A stretch of 51,440 nt of DNA, the filler included, from Trypethelium eluteriae (Eukaryota), in the NCBI GenBank assembly GCA_051942245.1. It is 2 parts of 2 records of this genome, joined end to end, with 100 filler letters (N's around TTAATTAATTAA, not from the genome) between each part and the next. Parts side by side here need not be neighbours in the genome. Positions count along the whole stretch, not along the records: positions 1 to 25,698 come from JAVECL010000364.1; 1 more part is not named here. One strand, 5' to 3'. Below are positions 12,409 through 23,312 of this stretch, piece by piece. A model generated the notes under the pieces. That model saw nothing but the letters and a program-made list of their open reading frames with translations, was not told where the DNA came from and made no database searches. The translations under genes were made by a program, and so were the position numbers. Within the stretch, counting starts at the first letter, position 1; each line of letters starts with the position of its first letter.

Positions 12409-12900
12409 CTCGACGCTTTTGAGTAGATCTCCGGTTGGGAAGTTACTGTGAAAACTTTCTGGACCTAAATCTTGCTTGCATTCTCGATTTAAGTCAGCAT
12501 GCTCTTTGTCCACATTGCACGTGCGGAAACAAGAGCCTTTGCGTATCATTCTTTCACATTTCGACTAGCCTCAAAGGATACGGATTCCAATCCTTTCAGA
12601 AGCATTTCGCAATGGGAAGGCGACGAAATCAGCACAATACCGACGGCGTGACCGTGGTTAAGACTCGTGCACGTTCACACTCCCGGAGTCTTTGGTGACT
12701 GAGGTTTCTAATTTTAACATAGCAAGCTAAATTTAGGAAGGTACAGTGAAATCCCTCTCGCTAGGGAGCTAATCAGATGCTTCTGCGACCGAAGAAATGC
12801 GGGCATTCCCGAGCAACCGTCCCCGGACATACTACATGAAAGAAAAGCAAGAAGTGAAGCGCACGAAGCTTCTTCTGCCAAAGACTACCTAATATCAGCC

Positions 12901-14280
12901 CTAATCCTCGTATGCTTCGTCAGGATCCTCCCAGTCCTCGTATGCTTCGTCAGGGTCCTCCCAGTTCTCGTATGCTTCGTCATGATCCTTCCAGTCCTCA
13001 GCATCTTCCGAGTCTGGATAATCTTCGTTCTCTTGGAGGGACTCATCATCGTCCGACCTTTCGTCCGCAGAAAGTTCCTCGAATTGGTCGCTCATTTCCT
13101 GCATGGATGGATTGAAGAAGTATACTTGTCGACGTTGGGGTCTCTCCCCCACTTCTTCTTCGCCTCTCGTGGGTGACTCGGGCGACGATCCTCGTGAGGA
13201 AGGTTCCTGAGAACGCTCCCCTAGTCTCTGCATTAGCATGGTGCCTCTGGCTGATACCGGTGGCTTTGACCGAACGTACGGTGATTTGGCTGAACCCGAA
13301 ATTTTGCCCACTGATTGGGCATTCGGAAATTTGGCCTTTCCATCCATATGTCTGTTCTTCCTAGACTCACTTGTTGAGGGCTGCTGAGCTGCCCTCTCCG
13401 CTCCCTCTCTCACAGCTTCCCATGTTTCTCTGAAGTCGCGCTCTGTCTTGTCTTTCGAGCTTTGGCGCGACGATTCGGCTCGTCGGTTATGCTCCTTCAG
13501 CTGTCGCTCCTGTTGGGCCTCCGCCTGGGTATCCTCCTCGAGCCTCAGATCGCAGAGCTTGGCTGCGAGATGATCGGCGGCTTCGTATCCGATATCAAGC
13601 GCTCGCATCTTGCCGATGAGATCATACTCGATCTGTATGGGCGTCACCTTGCGTGATGCCTCGAGCAATGTTGCTCCGCGGGGCGATAGGTCACGCCGCG
13701 ATCGAAAGTCTCGAGGAGATTCCCCCTCGGTGTCCCTCGCTGGGGATCTGCTACGGTCTTGTCGCACGTGAGCAGTATCTTCTCTTCTGCCTCGGATGCT
13801 GCCTCGAAACTCGGCTAGCATCTGCTCACGTCGACTCAGGGCTTGCTCACCGCATTCCCCCTGGAGGGGCACCTCGCGACAACGTCGACCCGCCTGGAGG
13901 GCTTCTTCACGGAGCTCCTTCATTTGTTTCTCGACCTCATCCATGTATATGAGATAGATGTAGCGGGCTCGAGGATCGTCCATGTACTCCACCTCCTGGT
14001 ATTGTTGTCTTTTTTCCAGGAACATCGACATGGTGGTTCTATCAAGGCATGTCGGGCACACGAATGCTTCCGTGGTCACATCTTCCTCTGCCTCTTCGGC
14101 GTTGTCGGCGAGATCCAATGCCGTGCTGGTCTTCGGTTTGGCGCAATTTTGTGCGCACCTCTCGATCCAGGTTGCGATCATAAAATGCCCACATTGGAGC
14201 TGGTGGTGACTGGAGTATCCTTCGAGGACCTCCTTGCAGCGAGTGCGATTGTCTGTGAGTGGGTCGTTCGTTCGGCCCAT
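12901..14280 (-). CDS. Hypothetical protein with putative Zn-binding HxLxCGH...CxxNC...FxCPxC domain and acidic repeat tail
   Basis: 459-aa ORF containing HQLQCGH, CAQNC and FVCPTC. Confidence 0.7.
   Translation of the reverse strand: MGRTNDPLTDNRTRCKEVLEGYSSHHQLQCGHFMIATWIERCAQNCAKPKTSTALDLADNAEEAEEDVTTEAFVCPTCLDRTTMSMFLEKRQQYQEVEYMDDPRARYIYLIYMDEVEKQMKELREEALQAGRRCREVPLQGECGEQALSRREQMLAEFRGSIRGRREDTAHVRQDRSRSPARDTEGESPRDFRSRRDLSPRGATLLEASRKVTPIQIEYDLIGKMRALDIGYEAADHLAAKLCDLRLEEDTQAEAQQERQLKEHNRRAESSRQSSKDKTERDFRETWEAVREGAERAAQQPSTSESRKNRHMDGKAKFPNAQSVGKISGSAKSPYVRSKPPVSARGTMLMQRLGERSQEPSSRGSSPESPTRGEEEVGERPQRRQVYFFNPSMQEMSDQFEELSADERSDDDESLQENEDYPDSEDAEDWKDHDEAYENWEDPDEAYEDWEDPDEAYED
12905..12999. 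repeat. ~3 x 30-bp coding tandem repeat (WEDPDEAYED)
   Basis: Unit tcctcgtatgcttcgtcaggatcctcccag with few substitutions. Confidence 0.85.
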
Positions 14281-14693
14281 TTTCGAAAATTATTTCGGGG
14301 AGACCCCCAGTGCCAAGGATGTTGTTTAAAAAAGGGGGGGGTTGCGAAGCTTGGGGAATTGAAAAAGGATTCGAGGAGCGCGGAGGTTACGGTTACAGGA
14401 GAGAGCACAGAACTGGGGGGTGCCTGGGTTAAATAGTGCGGAAATGAAGTGACTCAGAGGCCTATTACTGAAATATGGCACATGACAGACGGTTACTACT
14501 GCAGACAATGATTCCTCTTAATCACATCTTGTCGAAGCTAGCCTTATTCAGGAGATTCAGGGGTGCATATCGTTTCACCTCCAATCACGCCTGGAGATGG
14601 CCCGGGTGAGGGGCCGCCATCTGCAAAGAGCTACAGGTACCAAAAGTGAAGAGAGAAAATCTTCTATTCTTAGACTGCTGGAGAGATTTTCCA

Positions 14694-15923
14694 TCACTTT
14701 CTTCCAAAGTGGAGAGTCTTTGACCGAGGACTAGTGGACTTCTTCAACTCAGCCTGTCTACTCTTGTCAATCTGGGCTGTCAACTTCAAGATATTTGCAC
14801 TTACCTCTTTTACGCGCTGGTCCATCGAGATCCACAAAAAGTCTTCTTCGTCAATCAGGTCAAGTGGTTTCACCGTATTCTCTGTCACTCCATTGTGGGC
14901 GCGTCGGATGGGCGTCAATCTGTTGAGAAGCTGTTCATACGTCAGCTGAACACCTTCGTCAAAACTGGAGCCCTCGACAATCGAAATCGGACGTTTCGTG
15001 TCGTACTCGTTGATTGAAAACGTCGAGCCTTGGTCGAAAGAGGGGCTCTCATCTGATGGCTCGATTCTACCATCAATTGCATGACATGGCCGTCCGATCC
15101 CTGTCAAGTTTGCCTCATCCTGCTTACGCTCCCCCGACCACACCCTCTGCAAGGCCTGCCGTCGCTGCTCAACGGCTCGCTCAGGAAAGTAGCCCAAGAG
15201 CACCCTGATACCTTCCATTTCGTTGACAAAGGTCATGTACTTCTTGGTATACTTCTTGTCCAGCAGCTCAGAAATACACCTCGGGCAGCAGAAGGTGTCT
15301 GCAGTCCGACGCATCATTTCCCCAGAGCTCCTATTGACATGCTGAAGCTTCTCATCGTCTACCTTGCAGTTCTTGGAACAGGACTGCGGCCCTTCAGGTG
15401 TGACGACCTTGTGGCCACACTCGAGAACATGAGTCAATCCACCGAACCTGCATGGCTCGAGGTGGGGATTGGGATACAGTGGGTAGAATGCAGGTAGTGG
15501 TGGAATCGACGGGGACTCGGAGGACAGACTGGATGGCTTTTGCTTTGTGACAGGCAGGTCAGCAGGCGTCTCCTCGATAGTGGGCAGCCCTACGCTTTGT
15601 CCATGATTTTTGGAGAGTGCCTTTCGGTTTATGCGATGCACTTTCTTTGGCTCGGGCCAGTCGCCTGGAGATGGGTTTAACTTGTGGTAAATTGGACCCC
15701 TAGATGCAGGGGCTGGACTACCGCGTTTTGTTAGTTTCGGTGTTTGCGACAATGGTATCGAATTGTAGGGCGTCGGAATGTTGGACGTCACGACAGCGCA
15801 ACCCGTGCGCTTTGGCATTGGTATGGAACTGGTCGACATCCTCGATTTCGTCGATGAGAAAGAAGACTGTCGAGCGTGCCTCCCCGGGTATATAGCTGCG
15901 ATTTTGCTGCTCTTCGTTGCCAT
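14694..15923 (-). CDS. Hypothetical protein with the same HxLxCGH...CxxNC...FxCPxC domain
   Basis: 409-aa ORF containing HVLECGH, CSKNC and FCCPRC. Confidence 0.7.
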   Translation of the reverse strand: MATKSSKIAAIYPGRHARQSSFSSTKSRMSTSSIPMPKRTGCAVVTSNIPTPYNSIPLSQTPKLTKRGSPAPASRGPIYHKLNPSPGDWPEPKKVHRINRKALSKNHGQSVGLPTIEETPADLPVTKQKPSSLSSESPSIPPLPAFYPLYPNPHLEPCRFGGLTHVLECGHKVVTPEGPQSCSKNCKVDDEKLQHVNRSSGEMMRRTADTFCCPRCISELLDKKYTKKYMTFVNEMEGIRVLLGYFPERAVEQRRQALQRVWSGERKQDEANLTGIGRPCHAIDGRIEPSDESPSFDQGSTFSINEYDTKRPISIVEGSSFDEGVQLTYEQLLNRLTPIRRAHNGVTENTVKPLDLIDEEDFLWISMDQRVKEVSANILKLTAQIDKSRQAELKKSTSPRSKTLHFGRK

Positions 15924-16383
15924 TGCAGACCGTCTTCCAATATTTCTTTCAAGATTGCCGAAAACCAGTCTTCAGGCTACAGGAAAAGTTCAAGAAGGCA
16001 GATCAATGAATGACGGAACGGTGAAGCAAAATCTAGGCAATCGGAATAGCACACGGAAAAGAACGTGAATATGGCTCTCTTGACTATCCAGTATATGAAC
16101 CTGTTGATAAAGACGTCATCTAACAAGGTCATTGTCAACATTTTGGTAATGCGGCTTTGTGCGCCTAGTGACACAAAGCTTTTTCTACATGACTTCCGTT
16201 GAAGGTCATCTTTGAGCATCACGAGCGTGTGGTGAATGTTTACCTTGGTCAAAGCTTATTCATCCAAATAGGTTAGAGTTGAACTGGAATGAATCAAGCA
16301 ATGTGAGTCGCCGGCTCAACTTCGTATCAGCCTCCAATCAAGAGAACACGCGTTTAAAGATCACTCAAGCGTTATGGTTCCCT

Positions 16384-17720
16384 TCAAGATTGCAGCTCCC
16401 TCTCCATCATCTCAACCGCCTCATCACGGTGCTTCTCGTTGTCAAAGTCAATAATGAAGTCCCATCTCGGCAATAGGTTCGCCCTCAATTTCTCAAAGTC
16501 CAGCTTCGTATCTTCGCCCAAGCCGTTTACGATCAGACCCGTGCCCCGGCTCGACTCAACGATGCGCTGTGTCCGTGGGCGGCGGACGTGGTCGTACACC
16601 TTGAGAGCGGTCAGCGCCTCAGCTGGGGTCTTAGCACGGCCGAGTAAAGTGGAAAGAATCAGGCTGTCCTCAATAGACATGCCACCGCCAGAGCCCTGCC
16701 AAGGTGTTGTAGCATGTGCAGCATCGCCCGCAATGCAGACAGGACCGGACACGTAGGTACGCGCCGGGGGATGCTCCCAGAAATACATGGCATTTTGTTC
16801 CGGCGCATTGCAAAGTAGCTACACAAATGGTGTCAGCTTGTTATCATTTTGTTCCTAGTAGAGACAGAAGATCGTTATACCTGATCCACGGCTTTATACA
16901 AATGTGGTGGCCAGGCCTGATAGAGTTTCTTAATCTCATCGGCGCTCACGGTACGTGTCCAGTGATCCGAATCCACCGCGTCCTTCTCATGAGAAGCGAT
17001 AACAAACTGCACAAGTCGACCATGGTCCAAAACGTTATGCAGTATGTACGATCTGTCGCCAATCCAACTATACTCACGTGCGTCCTCAATGTCCACAACT
17101 CCCTTACCAATATTCGCTTGAGCTTCTGCGTATGGCTGGAGGGTCATAACGCACCATGAACCGGTATTCCTAGGGGAGGCGGCGGGATCATCCGCGCCCA
17201 GGATAAGCCTACGGACAGTGCTACGGATTCCGTCAGCACCGATAAGAATATCACACTCATGGGTGGTGCCGTCAGTAAAGCGAAGTTTCATAGATCCATC
17301 GCTATTATAGTCAATCTTGTCAAGCTTCTTGCCAGCGTGCATACGTTCTTGAGGGACATCAGCCAGTAATTCTCGAAGAAAAGCAGCACGGTGAACAATG
17401 CTGGTAACGCGTTTCCCCGTGGTCTCGTCTTTTGTTTCATCGATCATATTGCCAGAGTTGTTACCTTGGGCGAGCATAAATCGGACCCCTACCATAGGAA
17501 CAGCACCAGCTCGTTTGAGGCATTGCGCTGCCGCAGGGCCGATGAGGTCCAGAGCAGCGAGAGCATTACGAGCTATGCCAATAGCCATGCCGGACTCTTT
17601 AAATGCCGCTGCCGACTCAAAGATGTGCACGTCCAGGTTGGGATAGGGTAGAAGCGCATAGCAGAGGGACGCACCAGCCAGTCCGCCGCCAGTAATTGCG
17701 ATTCTTATTAATCGAGACAT
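16384..17720 (-). CDS. FAD-dependent monooxygenase (salicylate hydroxylase-like), exons 17720-16881 and 16818-16384
   Basis: Motifs GGGLAG, DILIGADGIRS and GDAAHATTPWQGSGGG. A 62-nt GT-AG intron with GCTGAC branch joins the frames. Confidence 0.92.
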
Positions 17721-18955
17721 GATGCTGAGTGAAGACTTCCGATCCTTCTGAAACGAGGCGCTCTGTGTTTTCGTGAGCAAAGAGGCAGTCGCGACAATTT
17801 ATCATGCCTACGTGGGCTGCTACGCGCTACTCATCCCTGCCTATCCTGAAGAGAGGATAACATGCGAGCAAGGCGATTTTTCAGGTCCCAATTGCTCGGC
17901 CAGCTATACGTAATGAGGCACCGCAGGGATGGAAACCCACCGGTTGATGCTAGAGGCTGAGCAGCTGTACAAAGTAGAGAGTGCATTGCTGTCCAACGAG
18001 GACGCTAAACCGCACTTGGAAGAAATGCCTCAGAAAAGTCGAATACTAGTAGGTACCTTAGCTAGACGTGCTAGGCTCCAGCGATATACCAAGGCGGAGA
18101 GGCAGCCCGACCAAGAAAAAGCAGCATTCATCTGACCCATGCATGACAGCTGAGGCAAGACAGAGGTTTCGTCACGTACAGGACACTGTCAATAGAAAGG
18201 CTCCTGCTCTCGCTGACTGCTGCTCTGTCTGGGTCCTGTAGCGCAGCGCTCTGCCCCTGTTGAACGGATATCCTCCAAACATGCATTCGACGCGGGGCGT
18301 AAGAGTATTACGCACTTTCATGTCATTATCTCGCCTCATAACAAGGCAATCGATTTCAGCATTCGGCGCAGGGTTACTGTGCGGGATCGAGTAATATTGC
18401 CTGACTCTCTGGCCCACTGCTGGATGCGTCGGTGCACGGCACACTTCCTAGCCTTCCTGTGCCCCCATGACTAGAGTACCCGGTCGTGCCGGTTTCGCCG
18501 TGGTGGATCATATGCGTGTTGGTGATTTACGTGCAGCAGAATGTCCACGGTGCCACTATCGTAACTGTTTCGAGCAATAATGTCGAACCTGATCAAATAT
18601 CTCGATCGGTCATCCATTGCTTGGTGTTTCCTTACATCTATTGGCTCACCATTGGTGGAGTAGCTACCTAGGTAGTTATCCAATCGGGTATAGACGACTT
18701 CAGAGATTTCACCTCCTTAATTCCGAGGTCATCAAACGAATTTCAGTGGCTATTCTAAAACATCAAAGCTTTTGATCCGATGTAGTCAGCACTGCAATTC
18801 AAGAAATGAATGTCCGTGATTTTGTCTCAGGGATAGGTACAGGGGATGGGATTCGTGTACGCTAGTCTACCACCAACGGTCTTCGGCTCATCCCGGCAGC
18901 CCTACTGGCAACCCCCAAATCAGACTCCACTTCACCACAGACGTCGCTATCAGAC

Positions 18956-19296
18956 TCAATCATGCTTCTCCTTGAGCCTCAAATCGGAATCGGACTGAGT
19001 AGTCCCATCACGCTTTTCCTTTGGTCCAAAGTCCATGTCGAATTCAGTAGTTCCATCGCGCTTGGATTTGAGCGCAAAATCAGGGTCAAACTCGGTCGTC
19101 CCATCGCGCTTGAGTTTGAGCCCATAATCAGGATCAAACTCGGTTGTCCCATCGCGACGAGTGACTATCCTCAGTGAGTCTTCTCGTGATTGTATTGTAG
19201 ATGGAGTGGGTGATGTCGAGTGGACGATTTACCTGGAGCAATTGGGGCAGCTGCAGTGAGAGCTGCGAGCAAGGCAATAATGAAGGACTTCTTCAT
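18956..19296 (-). CDS. Secreted Kex2-processed repeat protein, putative dikaritin RiPP precursor (90 aa), exons 19296-19233 and 19164-18956
   Basis: MKKSFIIALLAALTAAAPIAP|VT-RR-DGTTEFDPDYGLKL-KR-DGTTEFDPDFALKS-KR-DGTTEFDMDFGPKE-KR-DGTTQSDSDLRLKE-KHD*. Signal peptide; 68-nt GTAAAT...TAG intron; adjacent to two DUF3328 genes. Not in the ORF track. Confidence 0.9.
18959..19159 (-). repeat. 4 x 48-bp imperfect coding tandem repeat of the precursor
   Basis: Minus-strand units begin (aag)cg(c/t)gatgg(g/a)ac.ac.(g/c)a. Confidence 0.9.
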
Positions 19297-20086
19297 ATTA
19301 AATTTGGTCGACTTGAATGGCTGGGGTTTTGGGGCAGAAAGAACTTGTTTTCTTCTCGTGAAGCAAAGGACAAGGAAGCTTCGACCAGACTTGCTGACTC
19401 AATCTTGGAGGCTTTGAATGGTCTCTGGAATGATGCCCCTTAAATATGGTATTCTGAGGACTGTCATGATAATGACTTGGGGAGATTCCTAGTCTATCTC
19501 CGACTGCCACTTGCGCTTGACAGCCGCCTGCAGATACCGTGGACTGCTGAGACGGGCAGGAACACCGGACTCATCAAGCAGGGTTCTGAGACTACCACAA
19601 GTCCTTCAGCCGCGATCGTCTTCATGTACGTTGGCGTTGCTTCTGCTTTGTCTTGGCCCTCGGATGCAACATACCGGGCGTCTGCAGGGAAGGCCTGTCG
19701 AAATCACGATTCCAATTTCAATTTCTTAGATTGATATGGATAATGGTCGTTGAATATGACACTAAGCACAGGAGCCAATCTGTTGGCAGCTGAAACTTGA
19801 CCGAGTTACATCAAGCTGTATCTACCCATGGCGCCATCACTCACGATCGGCTCCCGGGCATGGTATGGAACGTCTGATCCGCAGGCTTTTAGCTCGGCTT
19901 CTTTCGTGAATCGGTGTGACTGACTGGAAGAATCTGCCATTTCCCATAGCGTTGTACATCTTTGGGAATGTAGGAGTGATCCGCTCGAACCTGGTCAGAG
20001 CTTCTCTCATGGTGACGATACATCCATTGCCTTCGTTGTTTTCACAGTCCCGAGTCTTCCCAGTCACACATCCGCAAGACTGAGCT

Positions 20087-21080
20087 ATGTCTCTCGAAGA
20101 GAAGAGGCCGTTTATAGGCGACGATGAAGAATCTGAGAAATTGAAAATTGCCCACTCAGCATGCTCACACACAAGTAGCAGACGAGTCTTGGTCGTATCT
20201 ATTGTTACGAATGTGGTGCTGTTCATCTTTTGCCTCCTCCTGAGTGTGACGGTGCTATTCCTTTCGAGTCTCAATACATGGAGGACCAGATACGAGCGAA
20301 TCTCGGACCCATACTGTAATGTAGTGGTTCTTTACGAAGGTTGAGACCAGATCACTTATACTATTTCTCAGCGCCTGCCAACGACATCATTGAGTATGAG
20401 TATCGATCAATAATACCCAATGATACTCGGTTCACCGGTCATCCCGGGCCACAGTGGGAGCAATCAATGCATGAATTGATGGAAGGCAAGCTGTCCTACG
20501 GTTAGCTGTCTTGCTTGACTTCTTGTAACTCTCATATCCAGGAACCCTTATACGAATATCTGAGGATGATCTAAAGCTGTACGGTTCCGATTCCATACCA
20601 CTGAAGGATGGCGGGTACGCAGCAGGTCTGGGGATTGGCCATAATCTTCATTGTGTGGTACGTCTAAAGCTGTTCTCTCTATTAGGGATAAAGCATAGAT
20701 TTTAATGACGGTATGTAAAATAGAAATGGATCAAGAAGTTTCTGTACCGTGAACACTTTCCCAGACTTGGATCCATCGAGTGGAGACTTCAACTATCTTC
20801 AAGAACATTCAGGTCAGTTGCTTATCCTTGAAAGCTCTAACTTTCCTTTTCGTTTGGGCTTCTTGGGCTAAAGGATGTTCCAGATCATTGTCTTGACTTC
20901 CTGCGGCAAAGTAGTATGTGTCACTTGGACTACTCCATGTACACGGTGTACTGGGGAGAGCGCAGGCAGGATATCCCAACACATAACTTGCCAGGCCTGC
21001 AGAAATGCGTAAATTGGGATAAGTTGCATAAATGGATGCTGGACCGGTCGGCGAATACAGATATGCTGGTGGGACCTTGA
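20087..21080 (+). pseudogene. UstYa-like DUF3328 oxidase A with an apparent frameshift in exon 4 (pseudogene or assembly error)
   Basis: Exons 20087-20315, 20372-20485, 20542-20657, 20724-20812 and 20884-21080. N-terminal TM helix; motifs HNLHC and HSDHC, LRQSSMC, QKCVNW. Exon 4 is 89 nt (3n+2) where 3n+1 is needed; the shift is at ~20757-20762. Confidence 0.8.
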
Positions 21081-21404
21081 TGAAGATGTTCCGCTCTGGT
21101 GCCAAGACGTCTGCACCTTGAATAATAATGAAGTTTCTCCATCTTATTTTAGAAAAACGTGGAAACAAACACGCTGACACAGTGTATCTTTTGTGAACTT
21201 CAGCAATTTGTCTATGTATCCACCTTTAAAATCCTGTTGACTCTTGCCTTTCAGACAAGTTCTGTAGACTTTCTGTTCTAGCTTCTATTCTTTACAGCGA
21301 GAAGTTAGTCTCTCTAAAAGCTGTTATAGATAATGTCTCGATACACAGCTAGACACGGAAACTGGATATCTACAACCGTTTACATTCAATTTAGAGCTTT
21401 GCAA

Positions 21405-22469
21405 TCAACTCAACTGCTCGAGACCTACCTGATCAGTGCTGCCAGCCGTATTGTCTCTGACCAGAGTATCATAGAAATTGTCAGCGCCCTCGAACTTGAC
21501 CGGTCGCTTCTCAGCCCACTCTTGAAGACGGTGCCAATCAGTGCATCTTCGTGACCCAGTTCGATTCCCTTGGATTGCGTCAGGACCTTTCCAATAGTAT
21601 GTGTTGACTGTCAGGTCAGCGTTGCACATAATCCCTTGGCGGAGAACCTCAAAACAGTGGTCTGTCAATACCGTTAGTAGAAATAGCAAAGAACGAAGGA
21701 TCAATCTTATCACAGTTCTTACCCCAGTGGTCAGGTGTGAACTCATGGGTGCCCTTGAATTTGGTATAGTACTCCGGGTGCTGAGCTTGGTATAGGCGTT
21801 TCTATTACATTATAAGCGAGCTCTTTCTAGAAGGGGCAGCGAACGACCATTTACGCACCACGCAATGCAGCATATGATTCGACTCCAAGTAGCCAATGTA
21901 CCCGCTGCCATCTCGCAGGGCAATGGAAGTTCTGTTCATTCTGTTCAGCTCCTCTTTAGAGATCTTGACCATAGTCGCTGAGATACAATCAGCCAATCCT
22001 CATCATAGTACAATATCATAACTACTCAATCATACATTTGAGCAGTCTCGACCAGGCTTGATCTACTTCTGGGCGAGGCTCTCCTGTGTACGGACTAGCG
22101 ACGCGTCCCCAATTGAGGTCTTTGACTGTGTACTGAACTGCCGTTTGAGCGGGTGCTGGTAAACACCTTGACATTAGTGGAGTGAGAGACAATCTTGCAC
22201 GGATTATTTCAAAACTTACAGTACGCCATCTTAAGTGCATCAGCGTTGACATCGCTGTCTTTGCCATGGCGCGCAGGTGTGACATTCCAGACAAGGAAAA
22301 TGACATTCAAAGACAGGAAAGCGATGTGGAGGCAGAAAAGAACGCCATGCGTCTTGACAATGCGGAACCTTAAAGAGCATCTTTTGTTTTCGGGAGTTTC
22401 GTTGTAATTAAAATCGCCTTCTTCATTTGTCAGAAAGGGCTTTTCTTCGCCGTCATCGTTCGAAGGCAT
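21405..22469 (-). CDS. UstYa-like DUF3328 oxidase B (intact)
   Basis: Exons 22469-22220, 22155-22036, 21977-21859, 21801-21723 and 21661-21405. TM anchor, YTGEPRPEVDQAW, two HxxHC motifs (HMLHC, HWDHC), LRQGIMCNAD and RRCTDW. Confidence 0.93.
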
Positions 22470-23312
22470 CTCGCGGTATTCTAGGACAAAACTAGCAGTA
22501 TTGGCAAAGTTGCTGTGGTGGTGGCAACCTTAATTGAGCAGATATTCGGCATAAGATTCGACTACAGAGCTGACAGAACCCATAGCATCATCTAGTTTGT
22601 GCTTGCTGTAGCTCTGAGAGCACCAATTGCAACCCAGCCTTGTTTGTGACATGAAATCTTGGCAATCTTGAACCCTTGAAGGTGGACCATGGCCTCAACC
22701 GCGCAACATGTACATTGTTAGTGGGGCAGCTGAATTCTGCATGGAAGCTATCAGACTGTAATATTCTCCTAAAGTCAATCCTCTCCTTTCCGAAAGATTA
22801 CTGCAGCAGGGATACTGCAGGGCAGATCGTATGACTCTCGAAAAAGCGAGACATATCGTAGATGAAGGGCGACGGTTTAACCTGCAGTCAGCTCCAGCGG
22901 GCTGTATACCATGCCATGCTAATTAGATCACTATACATTTGCTGCTAAGCTGTTCAAGGATCTAAGCGCAGTAGACTTTGGGCAATTGTTTCCGTTCTCA
23001 CGACAGCGTGCGCTGAACTGTAGCATTGCCATCTCTCGTCAATTGCTCTCAAGTATCAACAAATGTCTCCTACATTGTGATAATGTTTCCAGCTGCTTCA
23101 ACGAACACCCTATCGATCTTATTAAAGGCCAAGCTTTGTATCTCGAATACCTAGGACTCAACAACTACCGAAATTACTGACTTTGCGTATTCGCGGCACG
23201 TTGGGTAGTGCTATTTCTGGCTTCACATGTGTATGGCCCAGTAATTAGGCATCAGGTCTCGACAATGGTCCCTACAGCCCGGTGCGCGCATGGCACAGCG
23301 GATTGTGGGTAA

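Noticed and set aside
18486..18671. Hydrophobic 61-aa ORF between the monooxygenase and the precursor, a possible extra small secreted peptide
   Set aside because: GTG start with an in-frame stop just upstream, no ATG, and no convincing splice model
19103..19123. Identification of the cluster as a victorin locus because of GLKL
   Set aside because: The AF of GLKLAF is missing, GLKL occurs in only one of four units, and no copper amine oxidase gene is visible
18962..19177. Plus-strand 71-aa ORF with repeated PIAL.FE..IR.KLG units
   Set aside because: Antisense shadow of the precursor repeats; the minus strand has the signal peptide, intron and KR sites
19297..20086. Shared cluster-specific regulatory motif in the divergent precursor/DUF3328 promoter
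   Set aside because: Only weak short repeats (e.g. TGATCCGC twice); not clearly present in the other cluster promoters by eye
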